This document shows, piece after piece, positions 17,326 through 26,942 of a DNA stretch of 63,086 nucleotides; within the stretch, counting starts at the first letter, position 1, and each line of letters begins with the position of its first letter. A model generated the notes under the pieces. That model saw only the letters and a program-made list of their open reading frames with translations, was not told where the DNA came from and searched no databases. The DNA comes from Bacteroidales bacterium (GTDB lineage Bacteria > Bacteroidota > Bacteroidia > Bacteroidales > P3). The stretch is taken from positions 1-63,086 of the forward strand of contig JAFVAP010000098.1 in assembly GCA_017480455.1 (NCBI GenBank), given 5' to 3'. Both the position numbers and the translations under genes were made by a program.

Positions 17326-18309
17326 ATGGATATTACTGAATTAAACAGAGAGATAGAACGTGAAAGTGCTTTTGTCAAAGCAATAACTGATGAATTGGGC
17401 AAAGCCATTGTAGGTCAAAAAGAAATGGTTGAAAGATTGCTTATTGGTTTATTGTCTGACGGACACATACTTTTGGAGGGTGTACCGGGATTGGCAAAAA
17501 CTCTTGCAATATCTTCCCTTTCCAAGAGCATCAATGCAGATTTCTCACGTATACAATTTACACCCGACTTGCTGCCTGCCGATGTTATAGGTACTATGAT
17601 TTACAATCCGCAGAACAGTAACTTTGTTGTAAAGAAAGGACCTGTTTTTTCAAACTTCATTCTTGCAGATGAGATAAACAGGGCACCTGCAAAGGTTCAG
17701 TCGGCTCTTTTGGAAGCCATGCAGGAAAGACAGGTTACTATAGGGGACAATACTTACAAAATGGAAAATCCTTTTCTTGTCCTTGCTACTCAAAACCCTA
17801 TAGAACAAGAAGGAACATATCCTTTGCCGGAAGCACAATTAGACAGATTTATGCTTAAAGTCGTTGTCGGTTATCCTACTATTGAGCAGGAAAGAGAAAT
17901 TCTTAAGCAAAAACTTGCAACAACCCAAACGGAAATACATCCTGTAGTCAGCAAGGAAGATATAATAAAGGCGCGCGAAGTAGTGAAACTTGTCTACATA
18001 GACCAAAAGATAATGAACTATATAACTGATATAGTTTTCGCTTCACGCTATCCTCAGCAATATAAGTTGGACAGCATAAAGCATTTCATCTCTTTCGGAG
18101 GTTCTCCGCGTGCAACAATCTGCTTGGCCTTGGCAGCAAGAGCCTATGCTTTCATAAACCGAAGAGGATACGTTATTCCGGAGGACGTCATTGCAATATG
18201 TCCTGACGTTATGCGCCACAGAATAGGATTAACCTATGAGGCAGAGGCGGAAAATGTCACAAGCGTGGATGTTATCAATGAAATAATTAACCGGGTTGAT
18301 GTTCCTTAA
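17326..18309 (+). CDS. moxR: MoxR-family AAA+ ATPase
   Basis: Walker A GVPGLAKT and Walker B ILADEINRA. First gene of the Bat operon. Confidence 0.9.
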   Translation: MDITELNREIERESAFVKAITDELGKAIVGQKEMVERLLIGLLSDGHILLEGVPGLAKTLAISSLSKSINADFSRIQFTPDLLPADVIGTMIYNPQNSNFVVKKGPVFSNFILADEINRAPAKVQSALLEAMQERQVTIGDNTYKMENPFLVLATQNPIEQEGTYPLPEAQLDRFMLKVVVGYPTIEQEREILKQKLATTQTEIHPVVSKEDIIKAREVVKLVYIDQKIMNYITDIVFASRYPQQYKLDSIKHFISFGGSPRATICLALAARAYAFINRRGYVIPEDVIAICPDVMRHRIGLTYEAEAENVTSVDVINEIINRVDVP

Positions 18310-18381
18310 AAATATTACTCAACATTCTTGGAATGAGTTATATATTTTGTTTGGGAAATGTTAAGAACCATGGCTTAAGAT

Positions 18382-19248
18382 ATGGATTTAGATTTATTAA
18401 AAAAGGTTCATAAGATAGAAATCCGTGCAAAGGGATTGTCAAGAGATGTTTTCTCGGGGCAGTATCGGAGTGCGTTCAAGGGAAGAGGTATGACCTTTTC
18501 CGAAGTCAGGGAATATGCCTACGGAGATGAGGTTAGGAGCATAGATTGGAATGTTTCGGCCAAACTCAACAAACCTTTTGTGAAAATCTTTGAAGAAGAG
18601 AGGGAAATGACAGTTATGCTTATGATAGACATAAGCGGTTCCACTCTTTTCGGTTCAAAGAATGAGTTGAAATCAGAAATAATTACTGAGATTGCAGCCA
18701 CTATTGCTTTCTCCGCAAGTTCGAATAATGACAAGGTGGGCGCAATTCTCTTTTCCGATACCGTGGATTTGTTCATTCCTCCTAAAAAAGGAACTTCCCA
18801 TTGTTTAAGAATTATACGTGAATTGCTGTCTTTCAGAAAGCAAGAGAGTAAAACTTCATTTAAAGAGCCGTTCCAATACATCAACAATGTGATAAAGAAA
18901 CGTTGTACTTGCTTTTTCATAACTGACGGCTTTTCTGAGTTTGACAAAGGGCTGACAATTTTCTCCAAAAAGCACGATGTCTGCGCTGTAATTGTGAATG
19001 ACCGAATGGAATTCTTGCTGCCCGACTTAGGACTTGTGCTTATGAAAGATGCAGAGAGCAATGAGAGCCGTTGGGTGGATACTTCGGACGGCAGAACCCG
19101 TGAATACTTTGCCTCATACAGGAAACGTAGGAAAGAAGATTTGGAAACGGCACTCAAGAAATTGGGTATAGATTATATAAGTCTGTTTACCGAAGACGAT
19201 TACACTAAAGCACTTATAAAACTATTTGCAAAACGGGAACGCTTATGA
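18382..19248 (+). CDS. DUF58 (VWA-like) protein of the Bat/MoxR operon
   Basis: The motif ...YGDEVRSIDWNVSAKLNKPFVKIFEEERE... is characteristic of DUF58. Confidence 0.85.
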   Translation: MDLDLLKKVHKIEIRAKGLSRDVFSGQYRSAFKGRGMTFSEVREYAYGDEVRSIDWNVSAKLNKPFVKIFEEEREMTVMLMIDISGSTLFGSKNELKSEIITEIAATIAFSASSNNDKVGAILFSDTVDLFIPPKKGTSHCLRIIRELLSFRKQESKTSFKEPFQYINNVIKKRCTCFFITDGFSEFDKGLTIFSKKHDVCAVIVNDRMEFLLPDLGLVLMKDAESNESRWVDTSDGRTREYFASYRKRRKEDLETALKKLGIDYISLFTEDDYTKALIKLFAKRERL

Positions 19249-20186
19249 GAAAGAAACTAATCATAAATATCTTTTTGCTGTCATTATCCCTGCTTTCTTT
19301 CGGACAAAAGCAAATAGAGGGAAAAGCAGATAAGGCAGAGTACATGATAGGAGACAGAATAGAGTATTCTTTCCGTGTTGATAAGGTGAAAGAAAAAACT
19401 GTTATCTCCACGGACTATGCTTTCTCTGATACGCTTAATATTATCAGTGAGCGCAAAGATACTTCTGACGGCGGCATAACCTACAGTTTTGTTTTTGCTT
19501 CTTTTGTCGGCGGCGATGTTACCTTGCCCCGCTACACTGTCTCTGAGGAACAATCCCTCAAAGAATTGTTTGTCGTCAATCCTCCTGCAATCAAAATCAA
19601 CCTACCTCAGATTGACACCGTGAATATAGCGGTTAAGGAACTTAAATCCATACAAAAAGTTCCTGTAACGTTCAAAGAAGTTTTGCCTTTTTCAATTTTG
19701 GTTGTAGGTATAGCGGTTTTGATTATCCTTGTTTACTTTTTGGTTAAATATATCAAAAAACGCAGGGAGCATAGGGCTGAGTTATCGGTGCGTAAAGCGG
19801 AATTGATACCCGAAGACATAGAAGCAATAAATGCTTTGAAAACTTTGAAGGACGCTCATTATGTTGAGAGCAATCAAGTTAAACAACACTATGTCCTTCT
19901 TACGGATATAATGTGGAAATACATCTGCAGACGTTTTGGAATCAATGCTTTTGAGATGACTTCATCTCAAATTCTCGGTGCTTTGGAAAAAGAGAGTGTA
20001 CCTTTTTCCAATATTGAGCAGATGAGGTATTTATTCAGTGTGGCGGATTTTGTTAAGTTTGCAAAGCATCTTCCTTCCATAGAAGAAAATCTTAACACCA
20101 TGCAGATGAGTTTTGATTTTGTCAATGATACAAAGTGGCAACCTGTTGCTGAGACTGATGAAAAAAATGAGGAGGTAAAACAATGA
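19245..20186 (+). CDS. Bat-operon membrane protein (single TM, DUF4381-like C-half)
   Basis: Signal peptide and a central TM segment. It has ATGA overlaps with both neighbouring genes. Confidence 0.6.
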   Translation: MRKKLIINIFLLSLSLLSFGQKQIEGKADKAEYMIGDRIEYSFRVDKVKEKTVISTDYAFSDTLNIISERKDTSDGGITYSFVFASFVGGDVTLPRYTVSEEQSLKELFVVNPPAIKINLPQIDTVNIAVKELKSIQKVPVTFKEVLPFSILVVGIAVLIILVYFLVKYIKKRREHRAELSVRKAELIPEDIEAINALKTLKDAHYVESNQVKQHYVLLTDIMWKYICRRFGINAFEMTSSQILGALEKESVPFSNIEQMRYLFSVADFVKFAKHLPSIEENLNTMQMSFDFVNDTKWQPVAETDEKNEEVKQ

Positions 20187-21178
20187 TGAGCGGAATTTCT
20201 TTTTCATACCCTTATTTTCTTCTGTTGTTGATAGCAGTGCCTTTTTTTGTTTGGTTTATCTTGAAAAAAGACAAAAGAAAGTATGCTTCGCTAAAATATT
20301 CTGACTTTCCGCAGATAAAAAATGCAAGGAAAACTTGGCGAATCAGACTTAGACTGCTGCCTGATTGGTTGAGGTTGTGTGTTTTTATTCTTTTGATTGT
20401 TGCCTTGTCAAGACCCCAATCCTCTTTTTCAAAACATAACAAAGATGTTATGGGAATAGATATTGTCCTTTCTTTGGATGTATCTCCCTCGATGCTGGCT
20501 GAGGATTTCAAACCCAACAGATTGGAGAGTGCAAAGGAGGTTGCAAAGGATTTTATCCTCAACAGGAAAACAGACGAGATAGGATTGGTGATTTTTTCCG
20601 GCGAAGCGTTTACCCAATGTCCGCCTACAACGGACCATAACGTTCTTTTGGACTTGCTTTCCAAGACAAAGACAGGAGATTTGGCGGACGGAACGGCAAT
20701 AGGAGACGGATTGGCTGTTTCTGTCAATAGAGTTAAGGATTCGAAAGCAAAAAGCAAGACCATAATACTTATAACCGACGGAGTGAATAACACAGGTCAG
20801 GTAGACCCAGAATCTGCTGCTTTGTTCGCAAAAAAATACGGAATACGGGTTTATACAATCGGAGTAGGGAGCCGTGGAAAGGCAACAATAGCAGTGCCTA
20901 CCCCTGTCGGTATTCAGCGACAGACAATAGATGCAGATATAGATGAGGCTTTGCTTTCCAAGATTGCTTCCGAGACAGGCGGAAAATATTTCCGTTCAAC
21001 AAAGAATTCTTCTTTGCGGGAGATATTTGAGGAGATAGATAAGTTGGAAAAAACTATCATAAACGTCTCTTCCTATCAGCAAAACAATGATGTAGGAGAT
21101 GTTTTGGCCTTTTGGGCAATGATTATTCTTTTGTTTGAATGTCTGATACGCTATGTTGTAATAAGAATTAAATATTAA
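20183..21178 (+). CDS. batA: BatA, von Willebrand factor A domain membrane protein
   Basis: MIDAS motif DIVLSLDVSPSM, N-terminal TM segments, and its position in the operon. Confidence 0.85.
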   Translation: MMSGISFSYPYFLLLLIAVPFFVWFILKKDKRKYASLKYSDFPQIKNARKTWRIRLRLLPDWLRLCVFILLIVALSRPQSSFSKHNKDVMGIDIVLSLDVSPSMLAEDFKPNRLESAKEVAKDFILNRKTDEIGLVIFSGEAFTQCPPTTDHNVLLDLLSKTKTGDLADGTAIGDGLAVSVNRVKDSKAKSKTIILITDGVNNTGQVDPESAALFAKKYGIRVYTIGVGSRGKATIAVPTPVGIQRQTIDADIDEALLSKIASETGGKYFRSTKNSSLREIFEEIDKLEKTIINVSSYQQNNDVGDVLAFWAMIILLFECLIRYVVIRIKY

Positions 21179-21182
21179 AGAA

Positions 21183-22223
21183 ATGTTTAGATTTGAATAT
21201 CCTGATATATTATTTTTTCTTCTTGCCGTACCTCTTGGATTGATTTTCTTTCTTTTGAAACAATACAGGGATAAAAAGCGCTTAAATTTGAGTATAGACA
21301 AGAAATTGCAAAGTGAAGTCTTACCCTTGTTGTCCTATGGAAAGCAAAGGCTGAAGTTCTTCCTTGTTTGCTTGGCTTATATATTTATTGTGTTGGCAGC
21401 AAGCAATCCTCAAGTGGCTTCGGGTGTGGACAAGAGAGTTAGGAAAGGCTGTGATGTTATAATATGTTTAGACGTCTCTAATTCAATGCTTGCAGAGGAT
21501 TTGTCACCCAATAGATTGGAAAGAGCGAAACTTGCCATATCCCAACTTATTTCGGGAATGCAGGATGACAGAATAGGGATTGTGCTTTTTGCAGGCAGTT
21601 CTTATACATTTTTACCCTTGACTTCTGATTATGCAACTGCAAGAATGTTTAACGACATCATAGATACAAAACTTATAGAAAACCAAGGAACTGATATACA
21701 ACAAGCTTTGGAGACGGCCTCACGGAGTTTCGGCGAAAGCAAAGGAAAAGACCGCTCAAGGACTATAATTTTAATATCCGACGGAGAAGACAATCAACCT
21801 GCAGCAGAAGATATTTCCAAGTCAATAGCAAAAAAAGGAATTATAATCAATGCAATCGGAATAGGCAATGAGCAAGGTGTCAGGATACCTATAAGAGACA
21901 GAAGCGGCAATGTAGATTTCAAAAAAGACAGAGACGGAAATATTGTCATTACAAAACTGAATGAACAGACCCTTAAAAAGATTTCTTCCCAAGGAGGAGG
22001 AACTTACGTAAGGGCAAACAATATGTCCTTGGGCTTAAACGAAATAATGAAATCTATAAACAAGATGGACAAGCAAGAATACTCCTCTTTGGCCTACAGG
22101 GATTATAACACAATATTCTATATCTTTGCTATGGCAGGATTGATAGTTCTCATTATAGAATTTTTTATTTTCAGTGCTAAGCACAGAATAGTAAACAGAA
22201 AATTTTTCTTTGGAAAGGATTGA
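21183..22223 (+). CDS. batB: BatB, von Willebrand factor A domain membrane protein
   Basis: MIDAS motif VIICLDVSNSM and a C-terminal TM segment. Confidence 0.85.
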   Translation: MFRFEYPDILFFLLAVPLGLIFFLLKQYRDKKRLNLSIDKKLQSEVLPLLSYGKQRLKFFLVCLAYIFIVLAASNPQVASGVDKRVRKGCDVIICLDVSNSMLAEDLSPNRLERAKLAISQLISGMQDDRIGIVLFAGSSYTFLPLTSDYATARMFNDIIDTKLIENQGTDIQQALETASRSFGESKGKDRSRTIILISDGEDNQPAAEDISKSIAKKGIIINAIGIGNEQGVRIPIRDRSGNVDFKKDRDGNIVITKLNEQTLKKISSQGGGTYVRANNMSLGLNEIMKSINKMDKQEYSSLAYRDYNTIFYIFAMAGLIVLIIEFFIFSAKHRIVNRKFFFGKD

Positions 22224-22870
22224 TTATGAAAATATTTAAGATGCACTATCTCTATTTGTTAAGTTTGGCCGGATTGCTTTTGTTTGCTTCTTGTGATAAA
22301 AAAAGACAATATGCACGGGAAGGAAATTCTGCATACAATAAAAAATCCTATCTCAAAGCAGAAGAGAAATATAACGAAGCATTGAAAGAAGATTCTCTGT
22401 TTATGCCTGCTTTGTATAATTTGGGAAATACTTATTACATGTCTTCGGACAGTAATTATCTTGCTGCGGCTGAAGCCTATGATAAGTATCTCTCCGTTCC
22501 CCAAAAGCAAGCAAAGATGACTCAAAAGGACTCTTTACTTTATGCAAACGCTCTCTATAACAGAGGTAATTCTTTTTTCAATCTTTCCCAAATGAATACT
22601 CAAGACAGCAATTCGGGGAAATATCTTCAGCAGGCAGCCAAAGATTATCAGAAATCCTTGCTTTTCAATTCTGCGGACAGCAATGCTAAGTATAATTTGG
22701 CACTTTGTCTTTGGCTGATGAAGAATGACAATCAGAACAACAACAATGATAACAGCCAACAGATGAAACAGATGTTGGAGGCTATGAAAATAAACGAGAA
22801 AAAGACTTTGGAGAAAGCCAAATCCAAACAAGAGAAGTCACAAAACTCACAAAATGAAAAGGACTGGTAG
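22220..22870 (+). CDS. batC: BatC, TPR lipoprotein
   Basis: Lipobox LLFASC, TPR repeats and an N/Q-rich tail. Confidence 0.75.
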   Translation: MIMKIFKMHYLYLLSLAGLLLFASCDKKRQYAREGNSAYNKKSYLKAEEKYNEALKEDSLFMPALYNLGNTYYMSSDSNYLAAAEAYDKYLSVPQKQAKMTQKDSLLYANALYNRGNSFFNLSQMNTQDSNSGKYLQQAAKDYQKSLLFNSADSNAKYNLALCLWLMKNDNQNNNNDNSQQMKQMLEAMKINEKKTLEKAKSKQEKSQNSQNEKDW

Positions 22871-22872
22871 AA

Positions 22873-25452
22873 ATGCGTAAATTATTTTTCACTATACTGT
22901 TTTTATTCTTTTTGTCCTACAATCTTTTTGCTCAAGTCACTTTCACGGGAAAAGCTCCTTCGAGTGCCTATGTAGGAGAGGGATTTACCCTTCGCTATAC
23001 TATAAACAGCAATGAGAGACCGTCTAACTTTGAAATACCGTCAATAAGCGGCGGAAGGATAATTTCCGGTCCTTATCAAGGACAAATTTCCGGCACAACC
23101 ATAATAAACGGAAATGTTACCTCATCTTCGTCCTATACTTTTTCAATTGTCGTTCGGGCAGACAAGGCAGGCAAGGTCAATGTTTCGCCTGCGCGCATTA
23201 AGGCAGGAGGAAAAATCTATACTTCCCAATCTTTCAACATAGATGTTTTGGATAGGAACTCCGCTGCTAACAATAACAGGAGTTACGGCAATTATCAAGG
23301 CAATAATACCTCCTCCGGACGTTATCGAAACACCGCTCCGTCCTCACAAAACACAAGTGTGAACATAGACAATCAAGCTTTGTTTATCAGAGCAATACCG
23401 AATAAAACCAATGTAATCAAAGGTGAGGAGGTTGTTATTTCATATAAGCTATACACTCTTTTGCCTGTATCGGAATACAGTATACAAAAAATTCCTTCTT
23501 CCGCAGGTTTCTGGGTGGAAGAGTTGGACAGACAGGAAAGACCCACACTTAGCACAGAAGAATACAACGGACAGAGATACCAAGTCGCCATATTGAAAAA
23601 AGAGATTGTCTATCCGCAACGTTCGGGCAGTCTGACAATACAGGGAATGACTATAAACGTAGTGGCACATGTGGAAGTACATTCACAAAGGCAAATTTCA
23701 ACGGGAGACCCCTTTTTTGACCGTTTCTTAAACGACCCTTTCTTTGCTTCTGCTACGAGAAGTTTCCGCCCTGTTGAGAAAACATTGAAGACAAATCCAA
23801 TAACAATTAACGTAAAAGAACTTCCGCATCCCCAACCCGAAAACTACATAGGCGGAGTAGGTGATTTCAAGATTTCTTCTTCTATTTCATCTCAAAAGGT
23901 AAAGGCGTTTGATGCTTTCTATCTTACTTATACCATAGAGGGTAAAGGAAACATATCTCTGATTAATGCTTTGCCTCTGCCGAATGTTGATGAGTTTCAA
24001 ATATCCGACCCTGAGATAACGGACAATATTGCAAGGATGGGCAGCGGTCTTTCAGGTGCGAGGACGTTTAAGTACTTGGTTATACCGTCAGTTGAGGGTG
24101 ACTACACAATACCTGAATTGCAAGTTTCCTACTTTGATTTGAACACGGGGGAATATAAAACCCTTACAACGGAAGCCTACAATATACATGTAGACAAAGG
24201 AGATGTTTCCGATGCTTATGCAAAACAACTTGACGAGAGGGCGAAATACAGAAATATGACCGTAGTTCCTTATCAGCAAATGCACTCTGACGGAAAAGAA
24301 GTTCATATTTTTGACAGGGCGTTCACGTTTATACTTCCTCTTATCATATTGTTTTTAACTTTTATCGGAATATATGTTTATTCAAAATATCTCGTGAGCC
24401 TTTCTGACGTTGTTGCAACCAAGCGGAGAAGGGCAACACGCATAGCAGTCAAAAGATTGAGAAAGGCAAAAAAACTTTTGAAACTTAAAAACTATGAAGC
24501 CTTTGAAGATGAGACGGCTTTGGCTCTCAGAACCTATCTTTTGGACAGATTTAAGATAAAGACTTCAGATTTTACCATAGAGTCCTGTACGGAAAAACTT
24601 CTTTCGGAGGGGATAAGTAAAGAAACTACGGACAATTTGGCTTCCATATTTAACAGATGTCAATACATACGTTTTTCTCCCGATAAACAGACCGACGCAG
24701 ACGAAACAATATACAACGACACAATAAATGTTATAACTTCAATGGAAGAAGAAATGAAACTGTCCAAAAAGAACACGGCCTTGAATAATAAAATACCGTT
24801 CTTTATTCTTGCTTTGCTTTTGTCGTTTTCTGTTTTTGCTGCAAGCAATCAGAAAACTGAGACAAAGAGTGATTTGTGCAAAAAGGCGGAAACATATTTC
24901 AATAAATCGGATTATGCCAATGCGATGCTGTACTATGAAAAGGCTTTGAAGTTATCACCTAATGACACTCAAATACGCTTAAACATAAAAATAGTGCGTT
25001 CTCGTCTTATGGGCGATTGCTACATTATGCCCGACTTTTTACCTCTCAGAGCGGCCAAGTACGTATCCGGAGTTTTTTCTCTGACTTTTTGGTTCGTCAT
25101 TATGTTGATTCTCTTTGTTGCTTCTTGCCTTACATTCTTTCTTTACAGATTTTCAGAGGAAAGAAAAGTGCTTTGGTTCTATGTTTGTCTTTCTTGTTTC
25201 TTACTTTCTCTTTTTTCCATGGGTTTCGGTTGCATAAGGCAGGGAATACAGAATGATAACGACAATGCCATTGTTATGAAATCCAATATCAAACTGAAAA
25301 CTTCCATGAACGATTCTTCCAAAGATGTACTTACTCTTTACAAAGGGCAAAAGATAAGGATTATGCAGGAAAGTTCTTCCAAATGGTTAAAAGTCAGAAC
25401 CGAAGACAGACGTGAAGGTTATATTAACACAAAAGAATACAAGCGGATTTAA
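22873..25452 (+). CDS. batD: BatD fused in frame to a BatE-like TPR + SH3 module
   Basis: The N-terminal ~627 aa are BatD-like. From the Met at nt 24754 there is a signal-peptide-like MKLSKKNTALNNKIPFFILALLLSFSVFAASN, then a TPR (YANAMLYYEKALKLSPND), TM segments and an SH3-like end (KWLKVRTEDRREGYINTKEYKRI). Confidence 0.75.
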   Translation: MRKLFFTILFLFFLSYNLFAQVTFTGKAPSSAYVGEGFTLRYTINSNERPSNFEIPSISGGRIISGPYQGQISGTTIINGNVTSSSSYTFSIVVRADKAGKVNVSPARIKAGGKIYTSQSFNIDVLDRNSAANNNRSYGNYQGNNTSSGRYRNTAPSSQNTSVNIDNQALFIRAIPNKTNVIKGEEVVISYKLYTLLPVSEYSIQKIPSSAGFWVEELDRQERPTLSTEEYNGQRYQVAILKKEIVYPQRSGSLTIQGMTINVVAHVEVHSQRQISTGDPFFDRFLNDPFFASATRSFRPVEKTLKTNPITINVKELPHPQPENYIGGVGDFKISSSISSQKVKAFDAFYLTYTIEGKGNISLINALPLPNVDEFQISDPEITDNIARMGSGLSGARTFKYLVIPSVEGDYTIPELQVSYFDLNTGEYKTLTTEAYNIHVDKGDVSDAYAKQLDERAKYRNMTVVPYQQMHSDGKEVHIFDRAFTFILPLIILFLTFIGIYVYSKYLVSLSDVVATKRRRATRIAVKRLRKAKKLLKLKNYEAFEDETALALRTYLLDRFKIKTSDFTIESCTEKLLSEGISKETTDNLASIFNRCQYIRFSPDKQTDADETIYNDTINVITSMEEEMKLSKKNTALNNKIPFFILALLLSFSVFAASNQKTETKSDLCKKAETYFNKSDYANAMLYYEKALKLSPNDTQIRLNIKIVRSRLMGDCYIMPDFLPLRAAKYVSGVFSLTFWFVIMLILFVASCLTFFLYRFSEERKVLWFYVCLSCFLLSLFSMGFGCIRQGIQNDNDNAIVMKSNIKLKTSMNDSSKDVLTLYKGQKIRIMQESSSKWLKVRTEDRREGYINTKEYKRI

Positions 25453-25470
25453 AGAAAGGGAATAAAAGAT

Positions 25471-25914
25471 ATGAAAAACGGAAAAAAAGAAGATTGCAAT
25501 TCCTCTTTGGCAAGAGTGTTGAGCATAGAGGGAAATAAAATAGGTGTTCTTGTGGAACAAAATGAGAGTTGTGCGGCTTGTGCGGCTGCTTCCTTGTGTG
25601 AGAAGACCTCAAAGGCAGGAAAGACTTTGGATGTTTTTCAATCCGATGCCAAAGATTTTTCTGTCGGGGAACAAGTCTTGCTTAACGTTCCACAGAGTAA
25701 GATATACAAAGCCTTAGCCTTGGCTTTCGTCTATCCTCTTTTGCTTATTATCCTTGTGTGTGTACTCTCTTCCTATGTATTCTCTTTGTCTGACACGGCG
25801 ATAGTTATTTGCTCTGTTTTGCTTGTAGCTCTCTATTATCTGATACTCTATTTGAACAGGACGAAACCCATGTTCAATTTCTCTTTGTATCTATCTAAAA
25901 TTCACAAGGTTTAA
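25471..25914 (+). CDS. RseC/MucC-family (SoxR-reducing system) membrane protein
   Basis: ARVLSIEGNKIGVLVEQNESCAACAAASLC motif followed by two TM helices. Confidence 0.7.
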   Translation: MKNGKKEDCNSSLARVLSIEGNKIGVLVEQNESCAACAAASLCEKTSKAGKTLDVFQSDAKDFSVGEQVLLNVPQSKIYKALALAFVYPLLLIILVCVLSSYVFSLSDTAIVICSVLLVALYYLILYLNRTKPMFNFSLYLSKIHKV

Positions 25915-26038
25915 TGCTTTGAAAATAAAACGAAGTTTCAGAAAAATAAAACGAAGTTTCGCTGCGCTGAAATCAAATCTCAGATTTTTAAAACGAAGTT
26001 TTATTTTTCTGAGATTTTGTTTTATTTTTGCTAAAGCA
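25915..26038. repeat. Intergenic palindromic repeat, copy B
   Basis: It starts on the nucleotide after the rseC-like stop. It has two direct AAAATAAAACGAAGTTTC units, a core gctgcgctgaaatcaaatctcag, inverted units, and terminal inverted TGCTTTGAAAATAAAA / TTTTATTTTTGCTAAAGCA. Confidence 0.8.
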
Positions 26039-26071
26039 TAAAAAGGCAGTATTTATTAGAAAAATAGATAT

Positions 26072-26079
26072 TATCTTTG
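26072..26079 (+). promoter_or_regulatory. -7 box TAtcTTTG with no gene immediately downstream
   Basis: Exact match. The nearest ORF start is 272 nt away. A weak hairpin plus U run follows at about 26089-26125. Confidence 0.3.
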
Positions 26080-26287
26080 CAAAAATAAAGTTTTGGCTTT
26101 TGACTGTGGCAGAACTCTTTTTTTCGTAACGGCTTGCTGAAAGAATGATAATAGGGAACAAGGGCAAGTATCCTTTAACGTAAAAGTGAGGAAAGCAACA
26201 GAGATTTTATTTTTTAGGATAGGTGAAACAGAATATGAAGAGGAGAAGTCTGAAAAAAATCTCACAAAAGCGAAACTGATACTAACG

Positions 26288-26295
26288 TATTTTTG
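26288..26295 (+). promoter_or_regulatory. -7 box TAttTTTG for the 77-aa gene
   Basis: Exact match, 56 nt upstream of the ATG at 26351. Confidence 0.4.
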
Positions 26296-26350
26296 AAAAC
26301 GGAAAAACAGAAGACAAATCACACAGAGAAGAAACAGAAAGGATAGGCTT

Positions 26351-26584
26351 ATGATAAAAAAATATTTAATATTGTTTTCATTTTCACTGTTTGTTTATAG
26401 TATTGCATTCTCCCAACCACCCTCTCCAAGACACGGAAGCAAACAAAATGTTGCCGTAAAAGAAGGTTCGGTTGTTGAAACGCCCGAAACAGAAGGACCT
26501 ATAGGCACTGCAACTGCCTTGTTATTTACTTTGGGCATGGGAACTTTGGCTTACAAACTTCATAAAAAGAAAGCAGACCGCTGA
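26351..26584 (+). CDS. Small secreted protein with C-terminal motif/TM/basic-cluster tail (PEP-CTERM-like architecture)
   Basis: Signal peptide MIKKYLILFSFSLFVYSIAFSQ. The tail is ...ETEGPIG-TATALLFTLGMGTLAY-KLHKKKADR. Confidence 0.55.
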   Translation: MIKKYLILFSFSLFVYSIAFSQPPSPRHGSKQNVAVKEGSVVETPETEGPIGTATALLFTLGMGTLAYKLHKKKADR

Positions 26585-26942
26585 AACTATATTTCTTGCT
26601 GCTGATTGATTTTTTTGGATAAGGGCATCTTGTTTCAGATGTCTTGCATCCTTCCTTTCTTTAATATGTTTTCCGATTTCCGGACGTTGGTAGGCAGACC
26701 TTATGGGAGGAAATAACGTAATTCACTTTATCTGTCTTATTTTTCAGACTGAGTTTAAAGCATAGACTGTCTTTTATACTTTATCTTTATCCTTTCTATT
26801 GACGAAAAGCATTGTTTGGATTGCAGTTCTGAAATTATTCTTTTGTTACACAATAAAAATATAATGGGTCCCTTTTTTTCTTATTCTGCAATAAAAGAAA
26901 GTATCTCATCGTTATAATTCCGTTCTTTAAAGATAAAAATCA

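Noticed and set aside
18519-19157. Long antisense ORFs opposite real genes (also 20212-20793, 28624-29241, 15375-15731, 15792-16088, 42840-43307, 53963-54394, 56465-56944, 40352-40741)
   Set aside because: Each lies wholly inside a gene that has clear family motifs on the other strand. Their translations are low-complexity or hydrophobic with no motifs. They are typical shadow ORFs.
26140-26210. Cobalamin-riboswitch-like core (AATAGGGAAC-AAGG-GCAAGTA-TCCTT resembles AGGGAA plus the GGTGAAAATCC stem-loop)
   Set aside because: I could find no CCC partner for the GGG and no B12 box (GCCACTG / AGYCMGGAGACCKGCC). The downstream gene is a 77-aa secreted peptide rather than a B12-related gene. The resemblance is limited to about 30 nt.
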